Below are positions 1 through 12,500 of a DNA stretch of 64,000 bases, one piece after another (the first letter of the stretch is position 1; the number at the start of each line of letters is the position of its first letter). The DNA is taken from the NCBI RefSeq assembly GCF_009914755.1, contig NC_060946.1; one strand, written 5' to 3'. The position numbers and the translations under genes were made by a program. The notes under the pieces were generated by a model. That model was not told the DNA's origin. It did no database searches and saw nothing but the letters and a program-made list of their open reading frames with translations. Source of the stretch: the human T2T-CHM13v2.0 reference genome, Homo sapiens.

Positions 1-143
1 CTCCAAATATCCACTTGCACATACTACAAAAAGAGTGCTTCAAAGCTGCTCTCTGAAACGGAATGTTCAACTCTATGAGTTGAATGCAAACATCACAAAG
101 ACGTTTCTGAGAATGCTTCTGTCTAGATTTGATATGAAGATAT

Positions 144-160
144 TCCCGTTTCCAACGAAA
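144..160 (-). other. CENP-B box, slot 1 of the HOR (recurs every ~1,364 bp)
   Basis: + strand TCCCGTTTCCAACGAAA is the reverse complement of TTTCGTTGGAAACGGGA, matching NTTCGNNNNANNCGGGN. Confidence 0.97.
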
Positions 161-314
161 TCTTCAAATCTATCCAAATGTCCACTTGCAGATTCAACAA
201 AAAGTGTTTTTCAGAACTGCTCTATCAAAAGAAAGATCCACCTCTGTTAGCTGGGTTCACACATCACAAACAAGTTTATGAGAATGCTTCTGTCTAGTTT
301 TTATTTGAAGATAT

Positions 315-331
315 TTCCTTTCTCACCATAG
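315..331 (+). other. pJalpha / A-box-like site in an A-type monomer
   Basis: TTCCTTTCTCACCATAG lies exactly 171 bp from the CENP-B box at 144 and is close to the pJalpha consensus TTCCTTTTYCACCRTAG. Confidence 0.75.
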
Positions 332-481
332 ACCTGAAAGCTGTCCTAATGTTCACTTCCAGATACTACAGAAAGAGCATTTCAAAACTGCTGTACGAAA
401 GGGAATGTTCAACTCTGTGACTTGAATGCACACATCACAAAGAAGTTTCTGAGGATGCTGCTGTGTATTTTTTATACGTAA

Positions 482-498
482 TCCCGTTTCCAACGAAA
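482..498 (-). other. CENP-B box, slot 2 of the HOR
   Basis: TCCCGTTTCCAACGAAA on the + strand with all core positions intact. Confidence 0.97.
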
Positions 499-652
499 TC
501 CTCCAATCTATCCAAATATCCACTTGCAGATTCCACAGAAAGACTGTTTCAAAACTGCTCTGTCAATAGAAAGGTTCAACTCTGTTAGCTGCGTGCATAT
601 ATCCCAAAGAAGATTCTGAGATTGCTTCTGTCTAGTTTTTATGGGAAGATAT

Positions 653-669
653 TTCCCTTTTCACCGTAG
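653..669 (+). other. pJalpha / A-box-like site in an A-type monomer
   Basis: TTCCCTTTTCACCGTAG lies 171 bp from the CENP-B box at 482. More diverged equivalents occur near 995 and 1337. Confidence 0.75.
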
Positions 670-823
670 GTGTCAAGGCGCTCCAAATGTCCACTTCCAG
701 ATACTACAAAAAGAGTGTTTCAAACCTACTCTCTGAAAGGGAATATTCAACTCTGTGACTTGAATGCAGATATCACAATGAAGTTTCTGAGAATGCTTCT
801 GTCGAGATTTTATATGAAGATAT

Positions 824-840
824 TCCCGTTTCCAACGAAA
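824..840 (-). other. CENP-B box, slot 3 of the HOR
   Basis: TCCCGTTTCCAACGAAA on the + strand. Confidence 0.97.
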
Positions 841-1165
841 TCCTGAAATCTATCCAAATATCCCCTCGCAGATTCTACAAAAAGAGTGTTTCAAAACTGC
901 TCTGTAAAAAGAAAGGTTCAACTCTGTTAGTTGAGTACACACATCACAAACAAGTTTCACAGAATGCTTCTTTCTAGCTTGTAGGGGAAGATATTCCCTT
1001 TAACACCATGGGCCTCAAACCGTCCGAAACGTCCACTTCCATATACTACAAAAAGAGCGTTTCAAACCTGCTCTATGAAAGGCAATGTTCAACTCTGTGA
1101 CTTGAATGCAGACATCACAGAGCAGTTTCTGAGAATGCTTCTGTCTAGATTTTATAGGAAGATAT

Positions 1166-1182
1166 TCCCGTTTCCAACGAAA
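1166..1182 (-). other. CENP-B box, slot 4 of the HOR
   Basis: TCCCGTTTCCAACGAAA on the + strand. Confidence 0.97.
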
Positions 1183-3599
1183 TCTTCACAGCTATCCAAA
1201 TATCCACTTGCAGATTCTACAAAAAGAGTGTATCAAAACTGCTCTGTCAAAAGGAAGGTTCTTCTCTGTTAGGTGAGTGCATACGTCATAAAGGAGTTTC
1301 TGAGAATGTTTCTGTCTAGTGGTTATGGGAAGATATTTGCTTTTTCACCGTAGGCCTCAGAGCGCTCCAAATATCCGCTTGCACATACTACAAAAAGAGT
1401 GCTTCAAAGCTGCTCTCTGAAACGGAATGTTCAACTCTATGAGTTGAATGCAAACATCACAAAGACGTTTCTGAGAATGCTTCCGTCTAGATTTGATATG
1501 AATATATTCCCGTTTCCAACGACATCTTCAATTCTATCCAAATGTCCACTTGCAGATTCAACAAAAAGTGTTTTTCAGAACTGCTCTATCAAAAGAAAGA
1601 TCCATCTCTGTTAGCTGAGTTCACACATCACAAACAAGTTTATGAGAATGCTTCTGTCTAGTTTTTATTTGAAGATATTTCCTTTCTCACCATAGACCTG
1701 AAAGCTGTCCTAATGTTCACTTCCAGATACTACAGAAAGAGTGTTTCAAAACTGCTGTACGAAAGGGAATGTTCAACTCTGTGACTTGAATGCACACATC
1801 ACAAACAAGTTTCTGAGGATGCTGCTGTCTACTTTTTATACGTAATCCCGTTTCCAACGAAATCCTCCAAGCTATCCAAATATCCACTTGCAGATTCCAC
1901 AGAAAGACTGTTTCAAAACTGCTCTGTCAATAGAAAGGTTCAACTCTGTTAGCTGCGTGCATATATCCCAAAGAAGATTCCGAGATTGCTTCTGTCTAGT
2001 TTTTATGGGAAGATATTTCCCTGTTCACCGTAGGTGTCAAGGCGCTCCAAATGTCCACTTCCAGATACTACAAAAAGAGTGTTTCAAACCTACTCTCTGA
2101 AAGGGAATATTCAACTCTGTGACTTGAATGCAGATATCACAATGAAGTTTCTGAGAATGCTTCTGTCGCGATTTTATATGAAGATATTCCCGTTTCCAAC
2201 AAAATCCTGAAATCTATCCAAATATCTCCTCGCAGATTCTACAAAAAGAGTGTTTCAAAACTGCTCTGTAAAAAGAAAGGTTCAACTCTGTTAGTTGAGT
2301 ACACACATCACAAACAAGTTTCACAGAATGCTTCTTTCTAGCTTGTAGGGGAAGATATTCCCTTTATCACCATGGGCCTCAGACCGTCCGAAACGTCCAC
2401 TTCCATATACTACAAAAAGAGCGTTTCAAACCTGCTCTATGAAAGGCAATGTTCAACTCTGTGACTTGAATGCAGACATCACAGAGCAGTTTCTGAGAAT
2501 GCTTCTGTCTAGATTTTATAGGAAGATATTCCCGTTTCCAACGAAATCTTCACAGCTATCCAAATATCCACTTGCAGATTCTACAAAAAGAGTGTATCAA
2601 AACTGCTCTGTCAAAAGGAAGGTTCTTCTCTGTTAGGTGAGTGCATACGTCATAAAGGAGTTTCTGAGAATGTTTCTGTCTAGTGGTTATGGAAGATATT
2701 TGCTTTTTCACCTTAGGCCTCAGAGCGCTCCAAATATCCACTTGCACATACTACAAAAAGAGTGCTTCAAAGCTGCTCTCTGAAACGGAATGTTCAACTC
2801 TATGAGTTGAATGCAAACATCACAAAGACGTTTCTGAGAATGCTTCTGTCTAGATTTGATATGAAGATATTCCCGTTTCCAACTAAATCTTCAAATCTAT
2901 CCAAATGTCCACTTGCAGATTCAACAAAAAGTGTTTTTCAGAACTGCTCTATCAAAAGAAAGATCCACGTCTGTTAGCTGGGTTCACACATCACAAACAA
3001 GTTTATGAGAATGCTTCTGTCTAGTTTTTATTTGAAGATATTTCCTTTCTCACCATAGACCTGAAAGCTGTCCTAATGTTCACTTCCAGATACTACAGAA
3101 AGAGCGTTTCAAAACTGCTGTAAGAAAGGGAATGTTCAACTCTGTGACTTGTATGCACACATCACAAAGAAGTTTCTGAGGATGCTGCTGTCTACTTTTT
3201 ATACGTAATCCCGTTTCCAACGAAATCCTCCAATCTATCCAAATATCCACTTGCAGATTCCACAGAAAGACTGTTTCAAAACTGCTCTGTCAATAGAAAG
3301 GTTCAACTCTGTTAGCTGTGTGCATATATCCCAAAGAAGATTCTGAGATTGCTTCTGTCTAGTTTTTATGGGAAGATATTTCCCTTTTCACCGTAGGCGT
3401 CAAGGCGCTCCAAATGTCCACTTCCAGATACTACAAAAAGAGTGTTTCAAACCTACTCTCTGAAAGGGAATATTCAACTCTGTGACTTGAATGCAGATAT
3501 CACAAAGAAGTTTCTGAGAATGCTTCTGTCGAGATTTTATATGAAGATATTCCCGTTTCCAACGAAATCCTGAAATCTATCCAAATATCCCCTCGCAGA

Positions 3600-6500
3600 T
3601 TCTACAAAAAGAGTGTTTCAAAACTGCTCTGTAAAAAGAAAGGTTCAACTCTGTTAGTTGAGTACACACATCACAAACAAGTTTCACAGAATGCTTCTTT
3701 CTAGCTTGTAGGGGAAGATATTCCCTTTAACACCATGGGACTCAAACCGTCCGAAACGTCCACTTCCATATACTACAAAAAGAGCGTTTCAAACCTGCTC
3801 TATGAAAGGCAATGTTCAACTCTGTGACTTGAATGCAGACATCACAGAGCAGTTTCTGAGAATGCTTCTGTCTAGATTTTATAGGAAGATATTCCCGTTT
3901 CCAACGAAATCTTCACAGCTATCCAAATATCCACTTGCAGATTCTACAAAAAGAGTGTATCAAAACTGCTCTGTCAAAAGGAAGGTTCTTCTCTGTTAGG
4001 TGAGTGCATACGTCATAAAGGAGTTTCTGAGAATGTTTCTGTCTAGTGGTTATGGGAAGATATTTGCTTTTTCACCGTAGGCCTCAGAGCGCTCCAAATA
4101 TCCACTTGCACATACTACAAAAAGAGTGCTTCAAAGCTGCTCTCTGAAACGGAATGTTCAACTCTATGAGTTGAATGCAAACAACACAAAGACGTTTCTG
4201 AGAATGCTTCTGTCTAGATTTGATATGAAGACATTCCCGTTTCCAACGAAATCTTTAAATCTATCCAAATGTCCACTTGCAGATTCAACAAAAAGTGTTT
4301 TTCAAAACTGCTGTATCAAAAGAAAGATCCACCTCTGTTAGCTGAGTACACACATCACAAACAAGTTTATGAGAATGCTTCTGTCTAGTTTTTATTTGAA
4401 GATATTTCCTTTCTCACCATAGACCTGAAAGCTGTCCTAATGTTCACTTCCAGATACGACAGAAAGAGTGTTTCAAAACTGCTGTACAAAAGGGAATGTT
4501 CAACTCTGTGACTTGAATGCACACATCACAAAGAAGTTTCTGAGGATGCTGCTGTCTACTTTTTATACGTAATCCCGTTTCCAACGAAATCCTCCAAGCT
4601 ATCCAAATATCCACTTGCAGATTCCACAGAAAGACTGTTTCAAAACTGCTCTGTCAATAGAAAGGTGCAACTCTGTTAGCTGCGTGCATATATCCCAAAA
4701 CAGATTCTGAGATTGCTTCTGTCTAGTTTTTAAGGGAAGATATTTCCCTTTTCACCGTAGGCGTCAAGGCGCTCCAAATGTCCACTTCCAGATACTACAA
4801 AAAGAGTGTTTCAAACCTACTCTGTGAAAGGGAATATTCAACTCTGTGACTTGAATGCACATATCATAAAGAAGTTTCTGGGAATGCTTCTGTCGAGATT
4901 TTATAGTAAGATATTCCCGTTTCCAACGAAATCATGAATTCTATCCAAATAACCCCTCGCAGATTCTACAAAAAGAGTGTTTCAAAACTGCTCTGTAAAA
5001 AGAAAGGTTCAACTCTGTTAGTTGAGTACACACATCACAAACAAGTTTCACAGAATGCTTCTCTCTAGCTTGTAGGGGAAGATATTTCCTATATCACCAT
5101 GGGCCTCAAACTGTCCGAATCGTCCCCTTCCATATACTAAAAAAAGAGTGTTTGAAACCTCCTCTATGAAAGGCAATGTTCTACTCTGTGACTTGAATGC
5201 AGACATCACAGGGCAGTTTCTGAGAATGCTTCTGTCCAGAGTTTATAGGAAGATATTCCCGTTTCCAACGAAATCTTCACAGCTATCCAAATATCCACTT
5301 GCAGATACTAAAAAAGAGTGTATCAAAAATGCGCTGTCAAAAGGAAAGTTCTTCTCTGCTAGTTGAGTACATTCGTCATAAAGATATTTCTGAGAATGTT
5401 TCTGTCTAGTGGTTATGGGAAGATATTTGCTTTTTCACCGTAGGCCTCAGAGCGCTCCAAATATGCACTTGCACATACTACAAAAAGAGTGCTTCAAAGC
5501 TGCTCTCTGAAAGGGAATGTTCAACTCTATGAGTTGAATGCAAACATCACAAAGACGTTTCTGAGAATGCTTCTGTCTAGATTTGATATGAAGATATTCC
5601 CGTTTCCAACGTAATCTTCAAATCTATCCAAATGTCCCCTTGCAGATTCAACAAAGTGTTTTTCAAAACTACTGTACCAAAGAAAGATCCACCTCTGTTA
5701 GCTGAGTTCACACTTCACAAACAAGTTTATCAGAATGCTTCTGTCTAGTTTTTATTTGAAGATATATCCTTTCTCACTATAGACATGAAAGCTCTCATAA
5801 AGTTCACTTCCAGATACTACAGAAAGAGTGTTTCAAAACTGCTGTACGAAAGGGAATGTTCAACTCTGTGACTTGAATGCACACATCACAAGGCTGTTTC
5901 TGAGGATGCTGCTGTCTACTTTTTATACGTAATCCCGTTTCCAACGAAATCCTCCAAGCTATCCAAATATCCACTTGCAGATTCCACAGAAAGACTGTTT
6001 CAAAACTGCTCTGTCAATAGAAAGGTTCAACTCTGTTAGCTGCGTGCATATATCCCAAAGAAGATTCTGAGATTGCTTCTGTCTAGTTTTTATGGGAAGA
6101 TATTTCCCTTTTCACCGTAGGCGTCAAGGCGCTCCAAATGTCCACTTCCAGATACTACAAAAAGAGTGTTTCAAACCTACTCTGCGAAAGAGAATATTCA
6201 ACTCTGTGACTTGAAGGCAGATATCAGAAATAAGTTTCTGAGAATGCTTCTGTCGAGATTTTATATGAAGATATTCCCGTTTCCAACGAAATCCTGAAAT
6301 CTATCCAAATATCCCCTCGCAGATTCTACAAAAAGAGTGTTTCAAAACTGCTCTGTAAAAAGAAAGGTTCAACTCTGTTAGTTGAGTACACACATCACAA
6401 ACAAGTTTCACAGAATGCTTCTTTCTAGCTTGTAGGGGAAGATATTCCCTTTATCACCATGGGCCTCAAACCGTCCGAAACGTTTACTTCCATATACTAC

Positions 6501-9500
6501 AAAAAGAGCGTTTCAAACCTGCTCTATGAAAGGCAATGTTCAACTCTGTGACTTGAATGCAGACATCACAGAGCAGTTTCTGAGAATGCTTCTGTCTAGA
6601 TTTTATAGGAAGATATTTCCGTTTCCAACGAAACCTTCACAGCTATCCAAATATCCACTTGCAGATTCTACAAAAAGAGTGTATCAAAACTGCTCTGTCA
6701 AAAGGAAGGTTCTTCTCTGTTAGTTGAGTACATACGTCATAAAGGAGTTTCTGAGAATGTTTCTGTCTAGTGGTTACGGGAAGATATTTGCTTTTTCACC
6801 TTAGGCCTCAGAGCGCTCCAAATATCCACTTGCACATACTACAAAAAGAGTGCTTCAAAGCTGCTCTCTGAAACGGAATGTTCAACTCTATGAGTTGAAT
6901 GCAAACATCACAAAGACGTTTCTGAGAATGCTTCTGTCTAGATTTGATATGAAGATATTCCCGTTTCCAACGAAATCTTCAAATCTATCCAAATGTCCAC
7001 TTGCAGATTCAACAAAAAGTGTTTTTCAGAACTGCTCTATCAAAAGAAAGATCCACCTCTGTTAGCTGGGTTCACACATCACAAACAAGTTTATGAGAAT
7101 GCTTCTGTCTAGTTTTTATTTGAAGATATTTCCTTTCTCACCATAGACCTGAAAGCTGTCCTAATGTTCACTTCCAGATACTACAGAAAGAGCGTTTCAA
7201 AACTGCTGTACGAAAGGGAATGTTCAACTCTGTGACTTGAATGCACACATCACAAAGAAGTTTCTGAGGATGCTGCTGTCTACTTTTTATACGTAATCCC
7301 GTTTCCAACGAAATCCTCCAATCTATCCAAATATCCACTTGCAGATTCCACAGAAACACTGTTTCAAAACTGCTCTGTCAATAGAAAGGTTCAACTCTGT
7401 TAGCTGCGTGCATATATCCCAAAGAAGATTCTGAGATTGCTTCTGTCTAGTTTTTATGGGAAGATATTTCCCTTTTCACCGTAGGTGTCAAGGCGCTCCA
7501 AATGTCCACTTCCAGATACTACAAAAAGAGTGTTTCAAACCTACTCTCTGAAAGGGAATATTCAACTCTGTGACTTGAATGCAGATATCACAATGAAGTT
7601 TCTGAGAATGCTTCTGTCGAGATTTTATATGAAGATATTCCCGTTTCCAACGAAATCCTGAAATCTATCCAAATATCCCCTCGCAGATTCTACAAAAAGA
7701 GTGTTTCAAAACTGCTCTGTAAAAAGAAAGGTTCAACTCTGTTAGTTGAGTACACACATCACAAACAAGTTTCACAGAATTCTTCTTTCTAGCTTGTAGG
7801 GGAAGATATTCCCTTTAACACCATGGGCCTCAAACCGTCCGAAACGTCCACTTCCATATACTACAAAAAGAGCGTTTCAAACCTGCTCTATGAAAGGCAA
7901 TGTTCAACTCTGTGACTTGAATGCAGACATCACAGAGCAGTTTCTGAGAATGCTTCTGTCTAGATTTTATAGGAAGATATTCCCGTTTCCAACGAAATCT
8001 TCACAGCTATCCAAATATCCACTTGCAGATTCTACAAAAAGAGTGTATCAAAACTGCTCTGTCAAAAGGAAGGTTCTTCTCTGTTAGGTGAGTGCATACG
8101 TCATAAAGGAGTTTCTGAGAATGTTTCTGTCTAGTGGTTATGGGAAGATATTTGCTTTTTCACCGTAGGCCTCAGAGCGCTCCAAATATCCGCTTGCACA
8201 TACTACAAAAAGTGTGCTTCAAAGCTGCTCTCTGAAACGGAATGTTCAACTCTATGAGTTGAATGCAAACATCACAAAGACGTTTCTGAGAATGCTTCCG
8301 TCTAGATTTGATATGAAGATATTCCCGTTTCCAACGACATCTTCAAATCTATCCAAATGTCCACTTGCAGATTCAACAAAAAGTGTTTTTCAGAACTGCT
8401 CTATCAAAAGAAAGATCCATCTCTGTTAGCTGAGTTCACACATCACAAACAAGTTTATGAGAATGCTTCTGTCTAGTTTTTATTTGAAGATATTTCCTTT
8501 CTCACCATAGACCTGAAAGCTGTCCTAATGTTCACTTCCAGATACTACAGAAAGAGTGTTTCAAAACTGCTGTACGAAAGGGAATGTTCAACTCTGTGAC
8601 TTGAATGCACACATCACAAACAAGTTTCTGAGGATGCTGCTGTCTACTTTTTATACGTAATCCCGTTTCCAAAGAAATCCTCCAAGCTATCCAAATATCC
8701 ACTTGCAGATTCCACAGAAAGACTGTTTCAAAACTGCTCTGTCAATAGAAAGGTTCAACTCTGTTAGCTGCGTGCATATATCCCAAAGAAGATTCCGAGA
8801 TTGCTTCTGTCTAGTTTTTATGGGAAGATATTTCCCTTTTCACCGTAGGTGTCAAGGCGCTCCAAATGTCCACTTCCAGATACTACAAAAAGAGTGTTTC
8901 AAACCTACTCTCTGAAAGGGAATATTCAACTCTGTGACTTGAATGCAGATATCACAATGAAGTTTCTGAGAATGCTTCTGTCGAGATTTTATATGAAGAT
9001 ATTCCCGTTTCCAACGAAATCCTGAAATCTATCCAAATATCCCCTCGCAGATTCTACAAAAAGAGTGTTTCAAAACTGCTCTGTAAAAAGAAAGGTTCAA
9101 CCCTGTTAGTTGAGTACACACATCACAAACAAGTTTCACAGAATGCTTCTTTCTAGCTTGTAGGGGAAGATATTCCCTTTATCACCATGGGCCTCAAACC
9201 GTCCGAAACGTTTACTTCCATATACTACAAAAAGAGCGTTTCAAACCTGCTCTATGAAAGGCAATGTTCAACTCTGTGACTTGAATGCAGACATCACAGC
9301 GCAGTTTCTGAGAATGCTTCTGTCTAGATTTTATAGGAAGATATTTCCGTTTCCAACGAAACCTTCACAGCTATCCAAATATCCACTTGCAGATTCTACA
9401 AAAAGAGTGTATCAAAACTGCTCTGTCAAAAGGAAGGTTCTTCTCTGTTATTTGAGTACATACGTCATAAAGGAGTTTCTGAGAATGTTTCTGTCTAGTG

Positions 9501-12500
9501 GTTACGGGAAGATATTTGCTTTTTCACCTTAGGCCTCACAGCGCTCCAAATATCCACTTGCACATACTACAAAAAGAGTGCTTCAAAGCTGCTCTCTGAA
9601 ACGGAATGTTCAACTCTATGAGTTGAATGCAAACATCACAAAGACGTTTCTGAGAATACTTGTGTCTAGATTTGATATGAAGATATTCCCGTTTCCAACG
9701 AAATCTTCAAATTTATCCAAATGTCCACTTGCAGATTCAACAAAAAGTGTTTTTCAGAACTGCTCTATCAAAAGAAAGATCCACCTCTGTTAGCTGAGTT
9801 CACACATCACAAACAAGTTTTTGAGAATGCTTCTGTCTAGTTTTTATTTGAAGATATTTCCTTTCTCACCATAGACCTGGAAGCTGTCCTAATGTTCACT
9901 TCCAGATACTACAGAAAGAGTGTTTCAAAACTGCTGTACGAAAGGGAATGTTCAACTCTGTGACTTGAATGCACACATCACAAAGAAGTTTCTGAGGATG
10001 CTGCTGTCTACTTTTTATACGTAATCCCGTTTCCAACGAAATCCTCCAAGCTATCCAAATATCCACTTGCAGATTCCACAGAAAGACTGTTTCAAAACTG
10101 CTCTGTCAATAGAAAGGTGCAACTCTGTTAGCTGCGTGCATATATCCCAAAACAGATTCTGAGATTGCTTCTGTCTAGTTTTTAAGGGAAGATATTTCCC
10201 TTTTCACCGTAGGCGTCAAGGCGCTCCAAATGTCCACTTCCAGATACTACAAAAAGAGTGTTTCAAACCTACTCTGTGAAAGGGAATATTCAACTCTGTG
10301 ACTTGAATGCACATATCATAAAGAAGTTTCTGGGAATGCTTCTGTCGAGATTTTATAGGAAGATATTCCCGTTTCCAACGAAATCATGAATTCTATCCAA
10401 ATAACCCCTCGCAGATTCTACAAAAAGAGTGTTTCAAAACTGCTCTGTAAAAAGAAAGGTTCAACTCTGTTAGTTGAGTACACACATCACAAACAAGTTT
10501 CACAGAATGCTTCTCTCTAGCTTGTAGGGGAAGATATTTCCTATATCACCATGGGCCTCAAAGTGTCCGAATCGTCCCCTTCCATATACTAAAAAAAGAG
10601 TGTTTGAAACCTCCTCTATGAAAGGCAATGTTCTACTCTGTGACTTGAATGCAGACATCACAGGGCAGTTTCTGAGAATGCTTCTGTCCAGAGTTTATAG
10701 GAAGATATTCCCGTTTCCAACGAAATCTTCACAGCTATCCAAATATCCACTTGCAGATACTAAAAAAGAGTGTATCAAAAATGCGCTGTCAAAAGGAAAG
10801 TTCTTCTCTGCTAGTTGAGTACATACGTCATAAAGGAGTTTCTGAGAATGTTTCTGTCTAGTGGTTATGGGAAGATATTTGCTTTTTCACCGTAGGCCTC
10901 AGAGCGCTCCAAATATGCACTTGCACATACTACAAAAAGAGTGCTTCAAAGCTGCTCTCTGAAACGGAATGTTCAACTCTATGAGTTGAATGCCAACATC
11001 ACAAAGACGTTTCTGAGAATGCTTCTGTCTAGATTTGATATGAAGATATTCCCGTTTCCAACGTAATCTTCAAATCTATCCAAATGTCCCCTTGCAGATT
11101 CAACAAAGTGTTTTTCAAAACTGCTGTACCAAAGAAAGATCCACCTCTGTTAGCTGAGTTCACACTTCACAAACAAGTTTATCAGAATGCTTCTGTCTAG
11201 TTTTTATTTGAAGATATATCCTTTCTCACTATAGACCTGAAAGCTCTCATAAAGTTCACTTCCAGATACTACAGAAAGAGTGTTTCAAAACTGCTGTACG
11301 AAAGGGAATGTTCAACTCTGTGACTTGAATGCACACATCACAAGGATGTTTCTGAGGATGCTGCTGTCTACTTTTTATACGTAATCCCGTTTCCAACGAA
11401 ATCCTCCAAGCTATCCAAATATCCACTTGCAGATTCCACAGAAAGACTGTTTCAAAACTGCTCTGTCAATAGAAAGGTTCAACTCTGTTAGCTGCGTGCA
11501 TATATCCCAAAGAAGATTCTGAGATTGCTTCTGTCTAGTTTTTATGGGAAGATATTTCCCTTTTCACCGTAGGTGTCAAGGCGCTCCAAATGTCCACTTA
11601 CAGATACTACAAAAAGAGTGTTTCAAACCTACTCTGTGAAAGGGAATATTCAACTCTGTGACTTGAATGCAGATATCACAAAGAAGTTTCTGAGAATGCT
11701 TCTGTCGAGATTTTATATGAAGATATTCCCGTTTCCAACGAAATCCTGAAATCTATCCAAATATCCCCTCGCAGATTCTACAAAAAGAGTGTTTCAAAAC
11801 TGCTCTGTAAAAGGAAAGGTTCAACTCTGTTAGTTGAGTACACACATCACAAACAAGTTTCACAGAATGCTTCTTTCTAGCTGCTAGGGGAAGATATTCC
11901 CTTTATCACCATGGGCCTCAAACCGTCCGAAACGTCCACTTCCATATACTACAAAAAGAGCGTTTCAAACCTGCTCTAGGAAAGGCAATGTTCAACTCTG
12001 TGACTTGAATGCAGACATCACAGAGCAGTTTCTGAGAATGCTTCTGTCTAGATTTCATAGGAAGATATTCCCGTTTCCAACGAAATCTTCACAGCTATCC
12101 AAATATCCACTTGCAGATTCTACAAAAAGAGTGTATCAAAACTGCTCTGTCAAAAGGAAGGTTCTTCTCTGTTACTTGAGTGCATACGTCACAAAGGAGT
12201 TTCTGAGAATGTTTCTGTCTAGTGGTTATGGGAAGATATTTGCTTTCTCACCGTAGGCCTCAGAGCGCTCCAAATATCCACTTGCACATACTACAAAAAG
12301 AGTGCTTCAATGCTGCTCTCTGAAACGGAATGTTCAACTCTATGAGTTGAATGCAAACATCACAAAGACGTTTCTGAGAATGCTTCCGTCTAGATTTGAT
12401 ATGAAGATATTCCCGTTTCCAACGAAATTTTCAAATCTATACAAATGTCCACTTGCAGATTCAACAAAGTGTTTTTCAAAACTGCTGTATCAAAAGAAAG

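Larger units (their letters stand above)
1..1364 (-). repeat. One representative 8-monomer HOR unit; likely SF2 chr14/chr22 live HOR (D14Z9/D22Z1, S2C14/22H1L-type)
   Basis: Four dimers of 338+342+342+342 bp, measured between CENP-B boxes at 144, 482, 824, 1166 and 1508. The 338-bp dimer has a 4-bp-shorter segment beside its box (gtctactttttatacgtaatcccg versus gtctagatttgatatgaagatattcccg). The unit is seen directly. The chromosome assignment rests on HOR size, dimeric structure and recalled sequence, and other SF2 arrays (chr20, chr18) are not excluded. Confidence 0.7.

Noticed and set aside
475-480. Short palindromes (tacgta, tctaga, aggcct, agcgct, ccatgg) as possible hairpins or terminators
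   Set aside because: They are only 6-8 bp and are ordinary parts of the monomers. I saw no extended inverted repeat or strand switch.
2691-2692. Single-base deletion (tatggaag versus tatgggaag); likewise the 1-bp insertion at 31690
   Set aside because: These are isolated 1-bp indels, one in a homopolymer, and cannot be told from sequencing error without reads. They are useful only as markers.
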